Under the pieces are notes generated by a model. The model was not told the origin of the DNA and ran no database searches. It saw only the letters and a list, made by a program, of their open reading frames with translations. Positions 20,741-31,246 of a stretch of DNA of 64,000 bases are shown here, in pieces. How positions within the stretch are numbered: position 1 is the first letter of the stretch; every line of letters begins with the position of its first letter. The stretch lies in contig CAVUDP010000002.1 in the NCBI GenBank assembly GCA_963740315.1, forward strand, positions 3,200,001 to 3,264,000, in the 5' to 3' direction. Position numbers and translations under genes: made by a program. Source of the DNA: an uncultured cyanobacterium (GTDB lineage Bacteria; Cyanobacteriota; Cyanobacteriia; Cyanobacteriales; Nostocaceae).

Positions 20741-20938
20741 AAGATTAAGGTTAAAGGGTAAAGGTATGATTAACTAAATATTTTTTTGAGCAATCACTAA
20801 AAGTAAATATTAATAAAGTATTTTATTCTCCGCGATTGGCGCTAAAACTCGGCGTACCTTAGCGTTAAAAAAATATTATTTACAATCGAAACCCGTTCAT
20901 AATAAACTGAATAAATAGGGTTTAATCAATTCCCAATC

Positions 20939-21991
20939 ATGCAAATACAGTTAGAAACATTTACCGTAAACAAACGCTTTCCTTTAACAATTAGTCGCGG
21001 TACCACTGCCAAAACAACGAATGTATGGGTAAAGGTATCGTCAGATGGTATCGAAGGTTGGGGAGAAGCATCACCTTTTAATGTTGGTAATTATCCGCAA
21101 TCTACCGATATTATTCAAGAATCTATATTACAAATTGCCCCCAGTTTACTAAAATTTCATCCGGCGCAACGTCAGCAAGTAGAACAATTGTTAATAAAAG
21201 CACAAATTCCTTCTGCTGCCAAGGCGGCTTTAGACATCGCCCTGCACGATTGGATAGGTAAATATGCGGGGTTGCCTCTGTGGCAAATGTGGGGACTCGA
21301 TCGAAATGCTATAAACCCGGTTTCGGTGACTATCGGCATTAATTCTCCCTCGGGAGCAAGAGCTAGGGTAAGGGATTGGCTGCAATTCATGGATGTCAAA
21401 ATGTTAAAAGTGAAGTTGGGCAGCCCTGATGGTATTGAAGCAGATAAAAAAATGCTGTCGGCAGTAAGGGAAGAAGCGCCAGCACCCGATTTATATGTGG
21501 ATGCAAATGGCGGTTGGAGTTTAAAAGATGCCCAGCATATGTCTTTTATACTCGCCGATATGGGTGTAAAGTATCTAGAGCAGCCTTTACGACGGGGAGA
21601 AGAACAAAGTTCGATCGAGCTAAAAAAATCATCCCCCTTACCTATTTTTGTTGATGAAAGCTGCTTTACTAGTGCTGATATTCCCGATCTAAAAGAATGC
21701 GCCGATGGTGTTAATATCAAGTTGATGAAATCTGGGGGGTTAACCGAAGCCATGCGGATGATACACGTAGCCCGTGCTTGTAACTTACAGGTAATGTTTG
21801 GCTGCTATTCCGACAGCGCGATCGCCAATACCGCTCTGGCACATCTGGCACCATTAGCCGATTATTTAGATTTAGATAGTCACCTGAATTTAATTGACGA
21901 TCCCTTTACGGGTGCATCAATTGAGGAAGGTAAAATTTTACCAAATAACCTACCAGGATTGGGAGTACAACTAAGTGCGTCTGCCGCTTAA
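20939..21991 (+). CDS. Enolase-superfamily dipeptide epimerase / N-acetyl-D-Glu racemase (DgcA-like)
   Basis: GWGEA, KVKLG, VDANGGW, EQP, DES, NIKLMKSGG, DLD. Confidence 0.88.
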   Translation: MQIQLETFTVNKRFPLTISRGTTAKTTNVWVKVSSDGIEGWGEASPFNVGNYPQSTDIIQESILQIAPSLLKFHPAQRQQVEQLLIKAQIPSAAKAALDIALHDWIGKYAGLPLWQMWGLDRNAINPVSVTIGINSPSGARARVRDWLQFMDVKMLKVKLGSPDGIEADKKMLSAVREEAPAPDLYVDANGGWSLKDAQHMSFILADMGVKYLEQPLRRGEEQSSIELKKSSPLPIFVDESCFTSADIPDLKECADGVNIKLMKSGGLTEAMRMIHVARACNLQVMFGCYSDSAIANTALAHLAPLADYLDLDSHLNLIDDPFTGASIEEGKILPNNLPGLGVQLSASAA

Positions 21992-23015
21992 TCAAAAAAT
22001 TGCCGTTCTATTGCATGAGGGAATTCGCGGAACTCATGGTAAAACAGGGTTATCATTATTACGCTACAGCGATGCGCCAATAGTTGTTGCTATCGATCGC
22101 GATTGTCCGGGACAGTCTTTACCGCAGTTAACGGGTATAAAACGCGACGTGCCAATTGTTGCTTCTGTAAAAGATGCGATCGCGTTTAAACCACAGGTTT
22201 TAGTAATTGGTATTGCTCCGAAGGGCGGTAGTTTACCGGATGATTATTGGCGTGAAATAAAAGATGCCTTGGTGGGGGGAATGTCAATTATGAATGGTTT
22301 GCATACTCCCTTGGGTAATAGTCCAGAATTAAAGACTTTATTGAAGCCGGGACAATTAATTTGGGATGTGCGTAAAGAGCCTTCGAATATCGGTGTTTGT
22401 ACCTTGGCGGCGAGAAATCTTCACTGTAGACGGGTGTTGACTGTGGGAACGGATATGGCAGTTGGGAAAATGTCCGCAAGTTTAGAGTTAAATCGTTCCT
22501 CGCGGTTGCGGGGTATGCGTACCAAATTCCTCGCTACGGGACAAACGGGTTTAATGTTGGAAGGTGATGGCGTAGCTTTGGATGCCGTGCGAGTCGATTT
22601 CGCTGCGGGTGCGGTGGAACAGGTGGTAATGCGTTACGGCAAAAACTACGATATTTTACACGTTGAAGGGCAGGGTTCTTTACTCCATCCCAGTTCCACG
22701 GCGACGTTACCTTTGATACGCGGTTCTCAACCTACGCAGATGATTTTGGTACATCGTCTCGGACAAAAAGAGGTAATTGAAGGAGTACCAATTCCGCCTT
22801 TAGCTGAAGTAGTTAAATTATATGAAATCGTTGCCAGCGGTGCGGGTGCTTTTGCATCGGTACCTGTAGCTGGCATTGCTTTGAATACTCGTAATTTTGA
22901 TGAAGTCACGGCAAAAAATGCGATCGCGCAAATAGAAGCGGAAACTGGTTTACCCTGTACGGATGTAATTAGATTCGGTGGGGATAAGTTATTGGATGCG
23001 GTAATGAGAAGTTAA
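21975..23015 (+). CDS. DUF1611 protein (D-glutamate N-acetyltransferase DgcN-like)
   Basis: GKTG, NGLH, TVGTDMAVGK, ATGQTG, VEGQGSL; overlaps the upstream gene by 17 nt. Confidence 0.85.
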   Translation: MRLPLNQKIAVLLHEGIRGTHGKTGLSLLRYSDAPIVVAIDRDCPGQSLPQLTGIKRDVPIVASVKDAIAFKPQVLVIGIAPKGGSLPDDYWREIKDALVGGMSIMNGLHTPLGNSPELKTLLKPGQLIWDVRKEPSNIGVCTLAARNLHCRRVLTVGTDMAVGKMSASLELNRSSRLRGMRTKFLATGQTGLMLEGDGVALDAVRVDFAAGAVEQVVMRYGKNYDILHVEGQGSLLHPSSTATLPLIRGSQPTQMILVHRLGQKEVIEGVPIPPLAEVVKLYEIVASGAGAFASVPVAGIALNTRNFDEVTAKNAIAQIEAETGLPCTDVIRFGGDKLLDAVMRS

Positions 23016-23688
23016 GTTGCTATTACTCAAACGCAACATTCACAATCTATCTTATGGCAGATTTTACAGCGCAAAAGATGAAAACGCTATATCATTAAAG
23101 CTAAATATTTTAGGATCTAATCCTATCTATATTAATTAGATTCGCTTGAAATAAGAGAACAAAGGCATAAGAATTCTTCTACTATTTTTCAAACACATTC
23201 AACTTAACGGGCGGTAATTAAGTTATATAAAATTATCGCTAGTTAATACGGTACTTTTAAATTACTCTGTGTAACTAATATTTCTCTAAGTATAAGTAAT
23301 TTAAATGAAAAAATGTCTAAAACGTAAACTTTGTAAACCGTAAATATAATTTTTTATACATTATCAATACTGCAAAATATCTAAGAAAATAAGCAAGAAA
23401 TGTATTAAGATGCAAGTAACTGGTTATACGATTGATATTTGACGGTTATTCTTCAGTGCAGGGACAAGCCCTTTCCCCCTTCTGAGATAAAACACGATAG
23501 AATAAATTCAAAAAATCAACATAGGATTGCAGTTTAGAAATTGAAGAGTTCCCTAACGACAGTATCTTCTTACGAGTAAGTTTATAATTGTTCGGCAAGA
23601 GTTACGATATTAGTCATTATGCGAACTGAAATTAAAAATGTCTTTTGTCAATATTAAGGGCATTGTCAATTGCTAACAGGTTAAGCTG

Positions 23689-25899
23689 ATGCTCACAGAC
23701 ACGATTCTCCGTAATCGCTACAAAATTCTTAAAGAACTGGGACGCGGTGGATTTAGTGTCACCTATCTTTCGGTAGATATGGATTTGCCGGGAAATCCTA
23801 AATGTGTAGTCAAACAACTCAAAACTCGGCATTCCAATAACACAATTTTGCAGATTGCGAAAAAGTTGTTCGATCGCGAAGCACAAGTACTCTACCGTTT
23901 GGGTAAGGGACACAAACAAATTCCTGAAATGTTCGCGCATTTTGAAGAAAATGATGAATTTTATTTAGTTCAAGAATTTGTTGATGGGCACGATTTAACA
24001 AAAGAAATCAAGCCGCGTCATCGATTAAGCGAAGAAAAGGTAATTAAGCTTTTAGAAGAAATATTAGAAGTATTAAGTTTTGTTCACGAAAACAATGTAA
24101 TTCACCGCGATATCAAATTGCGGAATATTATGCGCCGTCGTGAAGACGGTAAAATCGTGCTGATTGATTTTGGTGCGGTTAAAGAAATCAAGGGTTTGGC
24201 GAAAAACCAACAAGGCGATGTCAATTCGACTTTGATTATCGGTACTCCCGGTTATATGCCAGACGAACAAGCTAATGGTAAACCAAGATTATGTAGCGAT
24301 GTTTATGCGGTAGGGATGCTTGGTATTCAAGCCTTAACTGGAAAATCTCCTCGTGAATTACCATTCGATCCCAACACTGGTGAATTGATTTGGCGCGATT
24401 CGGCGAATGTCAGCGATTTATTAGCCGAAGTTTTAACGGGTATGGTGCGCCATCATTTTAGTCAGCGGTATCAAACAGCAGCAGCCGCATTAATTGCTCT
24501 GAGATCCCCGATATTCATACTACCAAACACTTCCGTAGTTAACGATGCGCCACCCGTCACTTTACCATCAACTATTCGGAAAACCCGCCCTGCCGTAGTT
24601 CAATCTTTAGGATTGGCTGGTTTAATGGGTATTGGCTTTGGTTTGGGAGTTTTCGGATTGAACTTTTTACAATCTAGATCGAATCCCAGTCAAACCGTGA
24701 CTACAGAGGCTCCAACTAGTACACAAAAGATAAATCCTTCTACAACGCCTAAAGCTAATATCAAATTAGATCCACAAGTATTTTCACCTTCTATGCCTCA
24801 AAAAGAAGGTACAACTAAACCCGTTTTCTCACCGTTTTTTATTCCATTTTTTAACGATAAGTATCGGGATAAGGATAAGGATAAGGATAATAAAATTAAA
24901 TCTACTCCGAAACCTTCTCAATCAAAAGTTAAGAAGAAAGTTCCATCTGTACCAGTAGAATCTATTCCTAAACCTTCACAGCAAGAGATTAAACCCACTC
25001 CTAAAACTCCTATAGTTAAGGAAGAAAATCCGAACCAGCTTTTAACACCCGAATCAAAAGAAGATACGACTCCCACATTACCTCCAAAACCCGAATCAAA
25101 AGAAGATACGACTCCCACATTACCTCCAAAACCCGAATCAAAAGTTAAACAAGAAGAAGATACGACTCCCACATCTTTACCTGCAACATCCGAATCACCA
25201 GATAAAGAAAAAGAAGATACGACACCCACATCTTTACCTCCAACACCTGAAGTTGAGGATAAAGAAAACGACGAAGACAACCAAAATCCTCAAACTTCTT
25301 TACCAGAATCAGGAGATAAGCAAGAAAAACCCCAACCTCAAACTCCTTCTTCACCTAACACACCTGCGATCGAAGATGAGTTTGTATCGCCCAAACCAAC
25401 TCCTTCACCCGTACAAACGAAGGGTAGCAGCGTCGTAGTTCCCATAACCTCAGAAACCCCAGTAGAAAACAGCAGCTATTATTTAACCGTACCTACTTCC
25501 CCTTCTCCAACAATAGAAGCTGAAATTCAACCAATACCACAACCAACTTCAACACCAGAAGCCCAAATTCAACCAATACCACAACCAACTTCAACACCAG
25601 AAGCCCAAATTCAACCAATACCACAACCAACTTCAACACCAGAAGCCCAAATTCAACCAATACCACAACCAACTTCAACACCAGAAGCTAAAGTTGAACC
25701 AACTCCTCAAGCTTCCGCGTCTCCAACACCCGATGAAATTGAAATAACTCCCCAAGCTCCGGCAGCTCCCATACCCGAAGCCCAAATCGAATTGACTCCC
25801 CAAGCTTCCGTGTCTCCATCTGAAACTGAGGTGCAACCAACACCAACTCCTTCACCTACCGAAACACCTGGCTTATCTTTGGAACGTTTTGCTATGTAA
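23689..25899 (+). CDS. Ser/Thr protein kinase with TM helix and Pro/Thr/Glu-rich repetitive C-terminus
   Basis: LGRGGFS, VVKQL, HRDIK, IDFG, GTPGY; hydrophobic segment followed by 14-aa repeats. Confidence 0.93.
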   Translation: MLTDTILRNRYKILKELGRGGFSVTYLSVDMDLPGNPKCVVKQLKTRHSNNTILQIAKKLFDREAQVLYRLGKGHKQIPEMFAHFEENDEFYLVQEFVDGHDLTKEIKPRHRLSEEKVIKLLEEILEVLSFVHENNVIHRDIKLRNIMRRREDGKIVLIDFGAVKEIKGLAKNQQGDVNSTLIIGTPGYMPDEQANGKPRLCSDVYAVGMLGIQALTGKSPRELPFDPNTGELIWRDSANVSDLLAEVLTGMVRHHFSQRYQTAAAALIALRSPIFILPNTSVVNDAPPVTLPSTIRKTRPAVVQSLGLAGLMGIGFGLGVFGLNFLQSRSNPSQTVTTEAPTSTQKINPSTTPKANIKLDPQVFSPSMPQKEGTTKPVFSPFFIPFFNDKYRDKDKDKDNKIKSTPKPSQSKVKKKVPSVPVESIPKPSQQEIKPTPKTPIVKEENPNQLLTPESKEDTTPTLPPKPESKEDTTPTLPPKPESKVKQEEDTTPTSLPATSESPDKEKEDTTPTSLPPTPEVEDKENDEDNQNPQTSLPESGDKQEKPQPQTPSSPNTPAIEDEFVSPKPTPSPVQTKGSSVVVPITSETPVENSSYYLTVPTSPSPTIEAEIQPIPQPTSTPEAQIQPIPQPTSTPEAQIQPIPQPTSTPEAQIQPIPQPTSTPEAKVEPTPQASASPTPDEIEITPQAPAAPIPEAQIELTPQASVSPSETEVQPTPTPSPTETPGLSLERFAM

Positions 25900-26172
25900 A
25901 GTAGGAAATAATATTTATCAATCAAAGATTTGAATGAGTTAATCCTTATAAAACCATTCAAATTATTGATTTTAAAGGTATAAATTAAGGGTATAAATGC
26001 GCGCACCTTTTCCACCATATAGATATTATCATGAATTCCAGTATTTTTGCCTAAAAATATTTTTAAATTCAACTACTGATAAAGCACGCTTAAAGACACC
26101 AAGATAACTTTGCGTGAAATTGCTATCATTCTTAGACTAGATATAGAAATTTCCTCGCATAAAAAGTTTGCT

Positions 26173-27810
26173 ATGAAACGTCAATGGAAGTCATTGATAC
26201 TCGCCGCTCAATGGGTGTTATTCTCGCTAGGCACCTCTGTTTTTATTATCCTGACTCAATCTCCTGCAATTACGGCAGCGGAAAAACCTGCTGTAATAAT
26301 CAAAACTCCTCAAAAAGAGACTGCGGAAACGGATAAGAAACCAGAATCAGAAAAACCGGAATTAGAAAAACCGGAATCAGAAAAAGCAGAATCAGATAAG
26401 CCAACTCCCGAAGAAATTGCCCGTCAGAAAAAACTGATCGAAGCAGACAAGCTTTATCAAACAGGAAAGATAGCCGCAGCGCAAAAAATATATCGGCAAG
26501 CCAAAGAGCCTTTTGCAAATGCATCCGATATCCAACCAGTAAAAGAAGCAATAGTAAACCCCGCACAATTATCTCCCGGAGGTAAAGTTTATTGGAGAGA
26601 AGGGCAAGCGGGAATCATCAGCGATTTACAAACTAAAACTTTAGTACCGTTAAAACTTTTAGTAGAAAACTATCCAGAATTTATTCCAGGCAATATAAAA
26701 TACGCTCAAGCACTGAAAAAATACGGTGAATCAGAAAAAGCTTTAGAAATATTAGAAAGAGCAACATCGCTTTATCCCAACCAAGCAGAATTAGTAAAAG
26801 TAAGAGTAGATGCCCTTTCAGACGAGAAAAAATGGATGCAAGCCTCACTCGCGGCGCGTCAATTTGCCTTACTCAACCCCGAAAATCCTCAAGCGTCCGA
26901 ATTTACTCAAATTGCAGACGAGAAACTGAAAAAATACACCTCTTATATCCGTAGAGAAACTAGAGGAAACGCGATCGCCAACATCATCACGGGTGTTGTG
27001 GGTTATGCTGCCACAGGAAGTCTTCTCGGTCCATTTTCCGCCCTCGACTCTACCATGATGCTGTTAAAAGGTGAAAAAGGCGTAGGTCGTTCGGTAGCCA
27101 AACAAGCCAAAAAAGGGATGGAATTAATCGAAGACAAAGAAGTAAACGCATATATTAACGATATCGGACAAAAACTCGCTAAAATCGCCGGACGCAGTGA
27201 ATTTGAATACGAATTCTTCGTCATACCCCAAGAAAGCCTCAACGCCTTCGCCTTACCCGGTGGAAAAGTTTTTCTTAACGCAGGTGCGATCGCCAAAACA
27301 AATTCGGAAGCAGAAATAGCCGGATTAATTGGACACGAATTATCTCACGCAGTACTTTCCCACGGATTTCAACTAGTAACTCAAGCCAACTTAATATCCA
27401 ACGTTACTCAGTATGTTCCTTTAGGTGGAACCGTCGGTAGAATACTCACCTTCGACTACAGCCGCGACATGGAGCGTCAAGCAGATAGACTGGGGACAAG
27501 ATTAATCGTAGCCAGTGGTTACGCTGCTGACGGCTTGCGTAACTTAATGGTGACAATGAAAAAAGAACAAAAAAACGCTCCTCCAGTATGGTTATCAACC
27601 CACCCCGGAGGCGGTGAAAGAGTGAGTTACCTAGAAGAATTAATTACCACAAACGGTTACAATCGTTACGCTTACGAAGGAGTCGCGCCGCATCAAAAAA
27701 TTAAAGATAAAGTCAAACAAATAATGAAAGAAAGAGAAGAGAAAGAAGACGAGGATAAAAAAGACGACGAAGACAAGAAGCCAGAGGAAGAATCAAATGT
27801 AGAGACGTAG
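26173..27810 (+). CDS. M48 family metallopeptidase with TPR-like region
   Basis: NAFALPGG, HELSH (HEXXH), SRDMERQAD, LSTHP; ATG at 26173 preferred because it precedes a signal-like segment. Confidence 0.9.
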   Translation: MKRQWKSLILAAQWVLFSLGTSVFIILTQSPAITAAEKPAVIIKTPQKETAETDKKPESEKPELEKPESEKAESDKPTPEEIARQKKLIEADKLYQTGKIAAAQKIYRQAKEPFANASDIQPVKEAIVNPAQLSPGGKVYWREGQAGIISDLQTKTLVPLKLLVENYPEFIPGNIKYAQALKKYGESEKALEILERATSLYPNQAELVKVRVDALSDEKKWMQASLAARQFALLNPENPQASEFTQIADEKLKKYTSYIRRETRGNAIANIITGVVGYAATGSLLGPFSALDSTMMLLKGEKGVGRSVAKQAKKGMELIEDKEVNAYINDIGQKLAKIAGRSEFEYEFFVIPQESLNAFALPGGKVFLNAGAIAKTNSEAEIAGLIGHELSHAVLSHGFQLVTQANLISNVTQYVPLGGTVGRILTFDYSRDMERQADRLGTRLIVASGYAADGLRNLMVTMKKEQKNAPPVWLSTHPGGGERVSYLEELITTNGYNRYAYEGVAPHQKIKDKVKQIMKEREEKEDEDKKDDEDKKPEEESNVET

Positions 27811-27958
27811 CAGTGCTACGTCTCCCCACATCCGATTGCTACGTCTCCCCACATCCGATGGAATAACGAAAAATCCGGCGTTTAACGCTATTTGACGCAA
27901 TTGTATTGTCTATACGGCAGCAAAATAAGGAAAGACGTAGCAGTGCTACGTCTCTACA
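27799..27958. repeat. Pair of GTAGAGACGTAGCAGTGCTACGTCTC REP palindromes plus a short direct repeat
   Basis: Same REP family as the 12972-13453 array. Confidence 0.8.
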
Positions 27959-28084
27959 CAATTTATCTGTTTATTCACCAGAAAAAAATATCCTGCCAAA
28001 ATCAAGAAACTCCCGAATCATTTACCAAAAATCTTCGTCACTACAAACAAGTAACTCCCAAAAATTTTCACTGGAGGATGATTC

Positions 28085-28906
28085 ATGTCATCTGGATCTT
28101 TAAAGCTTGTATTTCTAAGCGGTTTGGCATTAACCGTACTATTCGGAAATAGCCCTGCAATGGCACAATACGACTCCTCAGACGATGCCGTTGTAGTACC
28201 CACAACCGGAAGCGGTAGTACCACAACCCCAACTGGTACTTCAACCACAACCAGAACCCGCACATCAACCCCAACGGGCACATCAACCACAACCTCCACA
28301 AGTAGCTCCTCACAAAGCGTTGACACCGCAACTCGGTTTAGCTGCCAAATGGACAATGGTAGCTATAGCGTGATGTATTCTCCTCAAAGTCAACCAAACC
28401 AATTATTTGCTTGGGCTACTCCTCAAGCTTTGGGTGGTGGTTGGGATGCACAAAGACGTTGCGCTACGATCGCTCAGCGTTTAGAAACCTATCGCCCACA
28501 AGGTTTGTTAGAACTTCGCACCTCAAGCTTAAATGGATATGACGTATTATGCGTAACTACCGAAGCTAACCCCGCTTGTCAATTAGTACTAACAGTTCCT
28601 CCCGGTAGAGACGCTTTCCAAGTACGTAACGACGTTTTCCAAAACTTAATTTCAGCAGACAGCGGACAGCAAACCATCGGCGTTAACACTTACAGGGGTG
28701 GTGGGTTAGAAGACGCAGTTAATTTAGGTAGAACCTTACTTGGTAATGGTAAGAAGGTAGTATCTAGAGATGCCATTCAGCTAAAACCATTCCTAGATAA
28801 GAAAGATGGTGGCAGCGCCAAACTACTCAGAAACGTCAAAAAAACTACTCCCCAGTCTAAACCAACTCAATCAGGTACCCGGTTGAATCCCGATTTATTC
28901 CGTTAA
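28085..28906 (+). CDS. COP23 domain-containing secreted protein
   Basis: Signal peptide, Thr/Ser linker, RFSC...GGGW..QRRC..IAQRL...NGYDVLC...C.LVLT. Confidence 0.8.
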   Translation: MSSGSLKLVFLSGLALTVLFGNSPAMAQYDSSDDAVVVPTTGSGSTTTPTGTSTTTRTRTSTPTGTSTTTSTSSSSQSVDTATRFSCQMDNGSYSVMYSPQSQPNQLFAWATPQALGGGWDAQRRCATIAQRLETYRPQGLLELRTSSLNGYDVLCVTTEANPACQLVLTVPPGRDAFQVRNDVFQNLISADSGQQTIGVNTYRGGGLEDAVNLGRTLLGNGKKVVSRDAIQLKPFLDKKDGGSAKLLRNVKKTTPQSKPTQSGTRLNPDLFR

Positions 28907-28939
28907 TTCAATTTTGGATCGGGGTTTGGGTGTTGATTC

Positions 28940-29004
28940 AGAAGTCGGGTTTCTATGACAATTGTGCCAGGCGACACATATTTATGTGAAGAAACCCGAC
29001 TTCT
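28940..29004. repeat. REPIN-like unit downstream of the RAYT
   Basis: AGAAGTCGGGTTTCT - 35 nt - AGAAACCCGACTTCT (perfect 15-bp inverted arms). Confidence 0.9.
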
Positions 29005-29017
29005 TTGATTGGTAAGT

Positions 29018-29587
29018 TTATTCGAGAATTAAGTGTTTGATTATTTGTGTATCCTTATCTTGAAAAGATTCAACAAATTGTTGATATGTGTGTGAGGAAG
29101 AAAAATATTTTAGGACTTTATCAGCTTTAATTAGGTTCTTGTCTTGTAAATTAAGATATTCTAAATAACTTGAAAATTCCCATTCTTGAGGGTACATAAC
29201 CAAATTAGCTTTAACTGGGTTGAAATGAATGTAGCGAGATAAGTGTAATAAATACTCATCGGTATCTATCTGTTTTGCTTGAAAGCGACCTTGAAATAGT
29301 GAACCTACCCGTTGAAAGTGCTTATTAATCGACTTTGTATAGGCTACGGAGAAGCTATGCATCGCTTGCGAAAGATTTTCTTGATTTAGATGTATCAAAA
29401 GATGATAATGATTTGGCATTAAGCAAAAAGCAATTATATCAATATTCTTATTTAGCAGATGTTGTTTAATTAGGGATATAAAGAATGAATAGTTTCTATA
29501 TTCAAAAAAAATCTTTTGATAGTTATTGCCTCGATTGTAGAGATGATAGTAATTCCCTGGTATAAATTGAATTTTTCTATTTGGCAT
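29018..29587 (-). mobile_element. REP-associated tyrosine transposase (RAYT / Y1 HUH transposase)
   Basis: YYHLYNRGNN, CLMPNHYHLL (HUH), GSLFQGRF, YIHFNPVKA, WEFSSY; flanked by inverted repeats. Confidence 0.9.
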
Positions 29588-29653
29588 TTTAAATGATGTT
29601 TATAATAATCACTTTTATCTCTTCGATAGCGATCGTATGTCAACGCTTGGTTG

Positions 29654-29853
29654 AGAAGTCGGGTTTCTATGACAATTATGCTAGATAACATATATTTATA
29701 GAAAGAAACCCGACTTCTAAAGTTTTTAGATGAGAAGTCGGGTTTCTATGACAATTATGCTAGGTAACATATATTTATAGAAAGAAACCCGACTTCTAAA
29801 GATTTTAATTCTTCGTATTTGAGAATTTGCCTATAGATGAGAGTCGGGTTTCT
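29654..29853. repeat. Two complete REPIN-like units plus one half unit upstream of the RAYT
   Basis: Arms at 29654-29668/29704-29718 and 29733-29747/29783-29797; partial arm near 29839-29853. Confidence 0.9.
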
Positions 29854-29950
29854 ATATTTTCTACTAATATAATTCTTAGGATTGAAACGGGTATCGGAAA
29901 GTTTCCAATGCTCAATGCCCAATTCCCCATCCCCAATTCCCAAGTATAAA

Positions 29951-30451
29951 ATGTTTAGCAGACCTCAACCGATACAACCAGAACCCGGACAAGAATCAGT
30001 ATGGGATTATCCCCGTCCCGCTGTTCTGCAAGATACCGATAAACACATTCAAATTATTTTTAACGGCGAAACCATTGCAGACACCAAACGAGCCAAGCGC
30101 GTTATAGAAACCAGTCATCCTCCCAGTTACTATATCCCTCCCGAAGATATCAAAATGGAATATTTAATTAAAACACCGCATTCGAGTGTTTGCGAGTGGA
30201 AAGGGATTGCCAATTATTACACCATCAAAGTCGGCGATAAAGAAGCACAGAATGTAGCTTGGTTTTATACCAATCCCACAGAAGCATTTGTAGATATCAA
30301 AGATTATGTAACTTTTTACGCTCATCCAATGGATGCTTGTTACATAGATGGTGAAAAAGTCGAACCTCAACCGGGAAACTTTTACGGTGGTTGGATAACT
30401 AAAGATATCGTTGGACCATTTAAAGGTATTCCCGGTAGTTGGGGATGGTGA
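29951..30451 (+). CDS. DUF427 family protein
   Basis: ESVWDYPRP, ETSHPPSYY, CEWKG.A.YY, AWFY, FYGGWIT. Confidence 0.88.
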   Translation: MFSRPQPIQPEPGQESVWDYPRPAVLQDTDKHIQIIFNGETIADTKRAKRVIETSHPPSYYIPPEDIKMEYLIKTPHSSVCEWKGIANYYTIKVGDKEAQNVAWFYTNPTEAFVDIKDYVTFYAHPMDACYIDGEKVEPQPGNFYGGWITKDIVGPFKGIPGSWGW

Positions 30452-30475
30452 AGAGAATTAGGAGTTAGGAGTTAG

Positions 30476-31178
30476 GAATTGTAAGACTTAACATCATCAA
30501 AAATCAAATTGTAGTGCGAGCATCTTGCGATCTTGAATTATCAGTTATCAATCAGAAATTGTAAGACTTAACATCATCAAAAATTAAATCGTAGTGCGAG
30601 CATCTTGCTCGCTCGAATTATCAGCTATCAGTTATCAGTTATCAATCAGAAATTGTAAGACTTAACATCATCAAAAATTAAATCGTAGTGCGAGCATCTT
30701 GCTCGCTCGAATTATCAGTTATCGGTTATCAGTTATCAGTCAGGAATTGTAAGACTTAACATCATCAAAAATCAAATTGTAGTGCGAGCATCTTGCGATC
30801 TGGAATTATCAGTTATCAATCAGAAATTGTAAGACTTAACATCATCAAAAATCAAATCGTAGTGCGAGCATCTTGCGATCTGGAATTATCAGTTATCAGT
30901 TATCAGTTATCAATCAGAACTTGTAGGACTTAACATCATCAAAAATTAAATCGTAGTGCGAGCATCTTGCGATCTGGAATTATCAGTTATCGGTTATCAG
31001 TTATCAGTTATCAATCAGAAATTGTAGGACTTAACATCATCAAAAATCAAATCGTAGTGCGAGCATCTTGCGATCTGGAATTATCAGTTATCAGTGATCA
31101 GTTATCAATTCAGGGTTAAAAATTAAAAATTAAAAATTAAAGGTTAAGGTTTTCCTAGCGAGCAAGATGCTCGCACTA
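30476..31178. repeat. Tandem array of seven 80-101 bp units (constant core + GTAG REP + variable TTATCAG heptamer count) with an inverted terminal REP
   Basis: GTAAGACTTAACATCATCAAAAAT (GTAGG.. in the last two) at 30481, 30561, 30655, 30749, 30829, 30923, 31024; inverted REP at 31155-31178. Confidence 0.9.
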
Positions 31179-31246
31179 ACTCTTAACTCCTAACTCCTAA
31201 CTCCCAACTCCTCACTCCTAACTCCTAACTTATTCTACCCAATTCC

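Noticed and set aside
30476..31110. CRISPR array
   Set aside because: The sequence between the conserved blocks is the same in every unit apart from heptamer count; there are no unique spacers and no cas genes.
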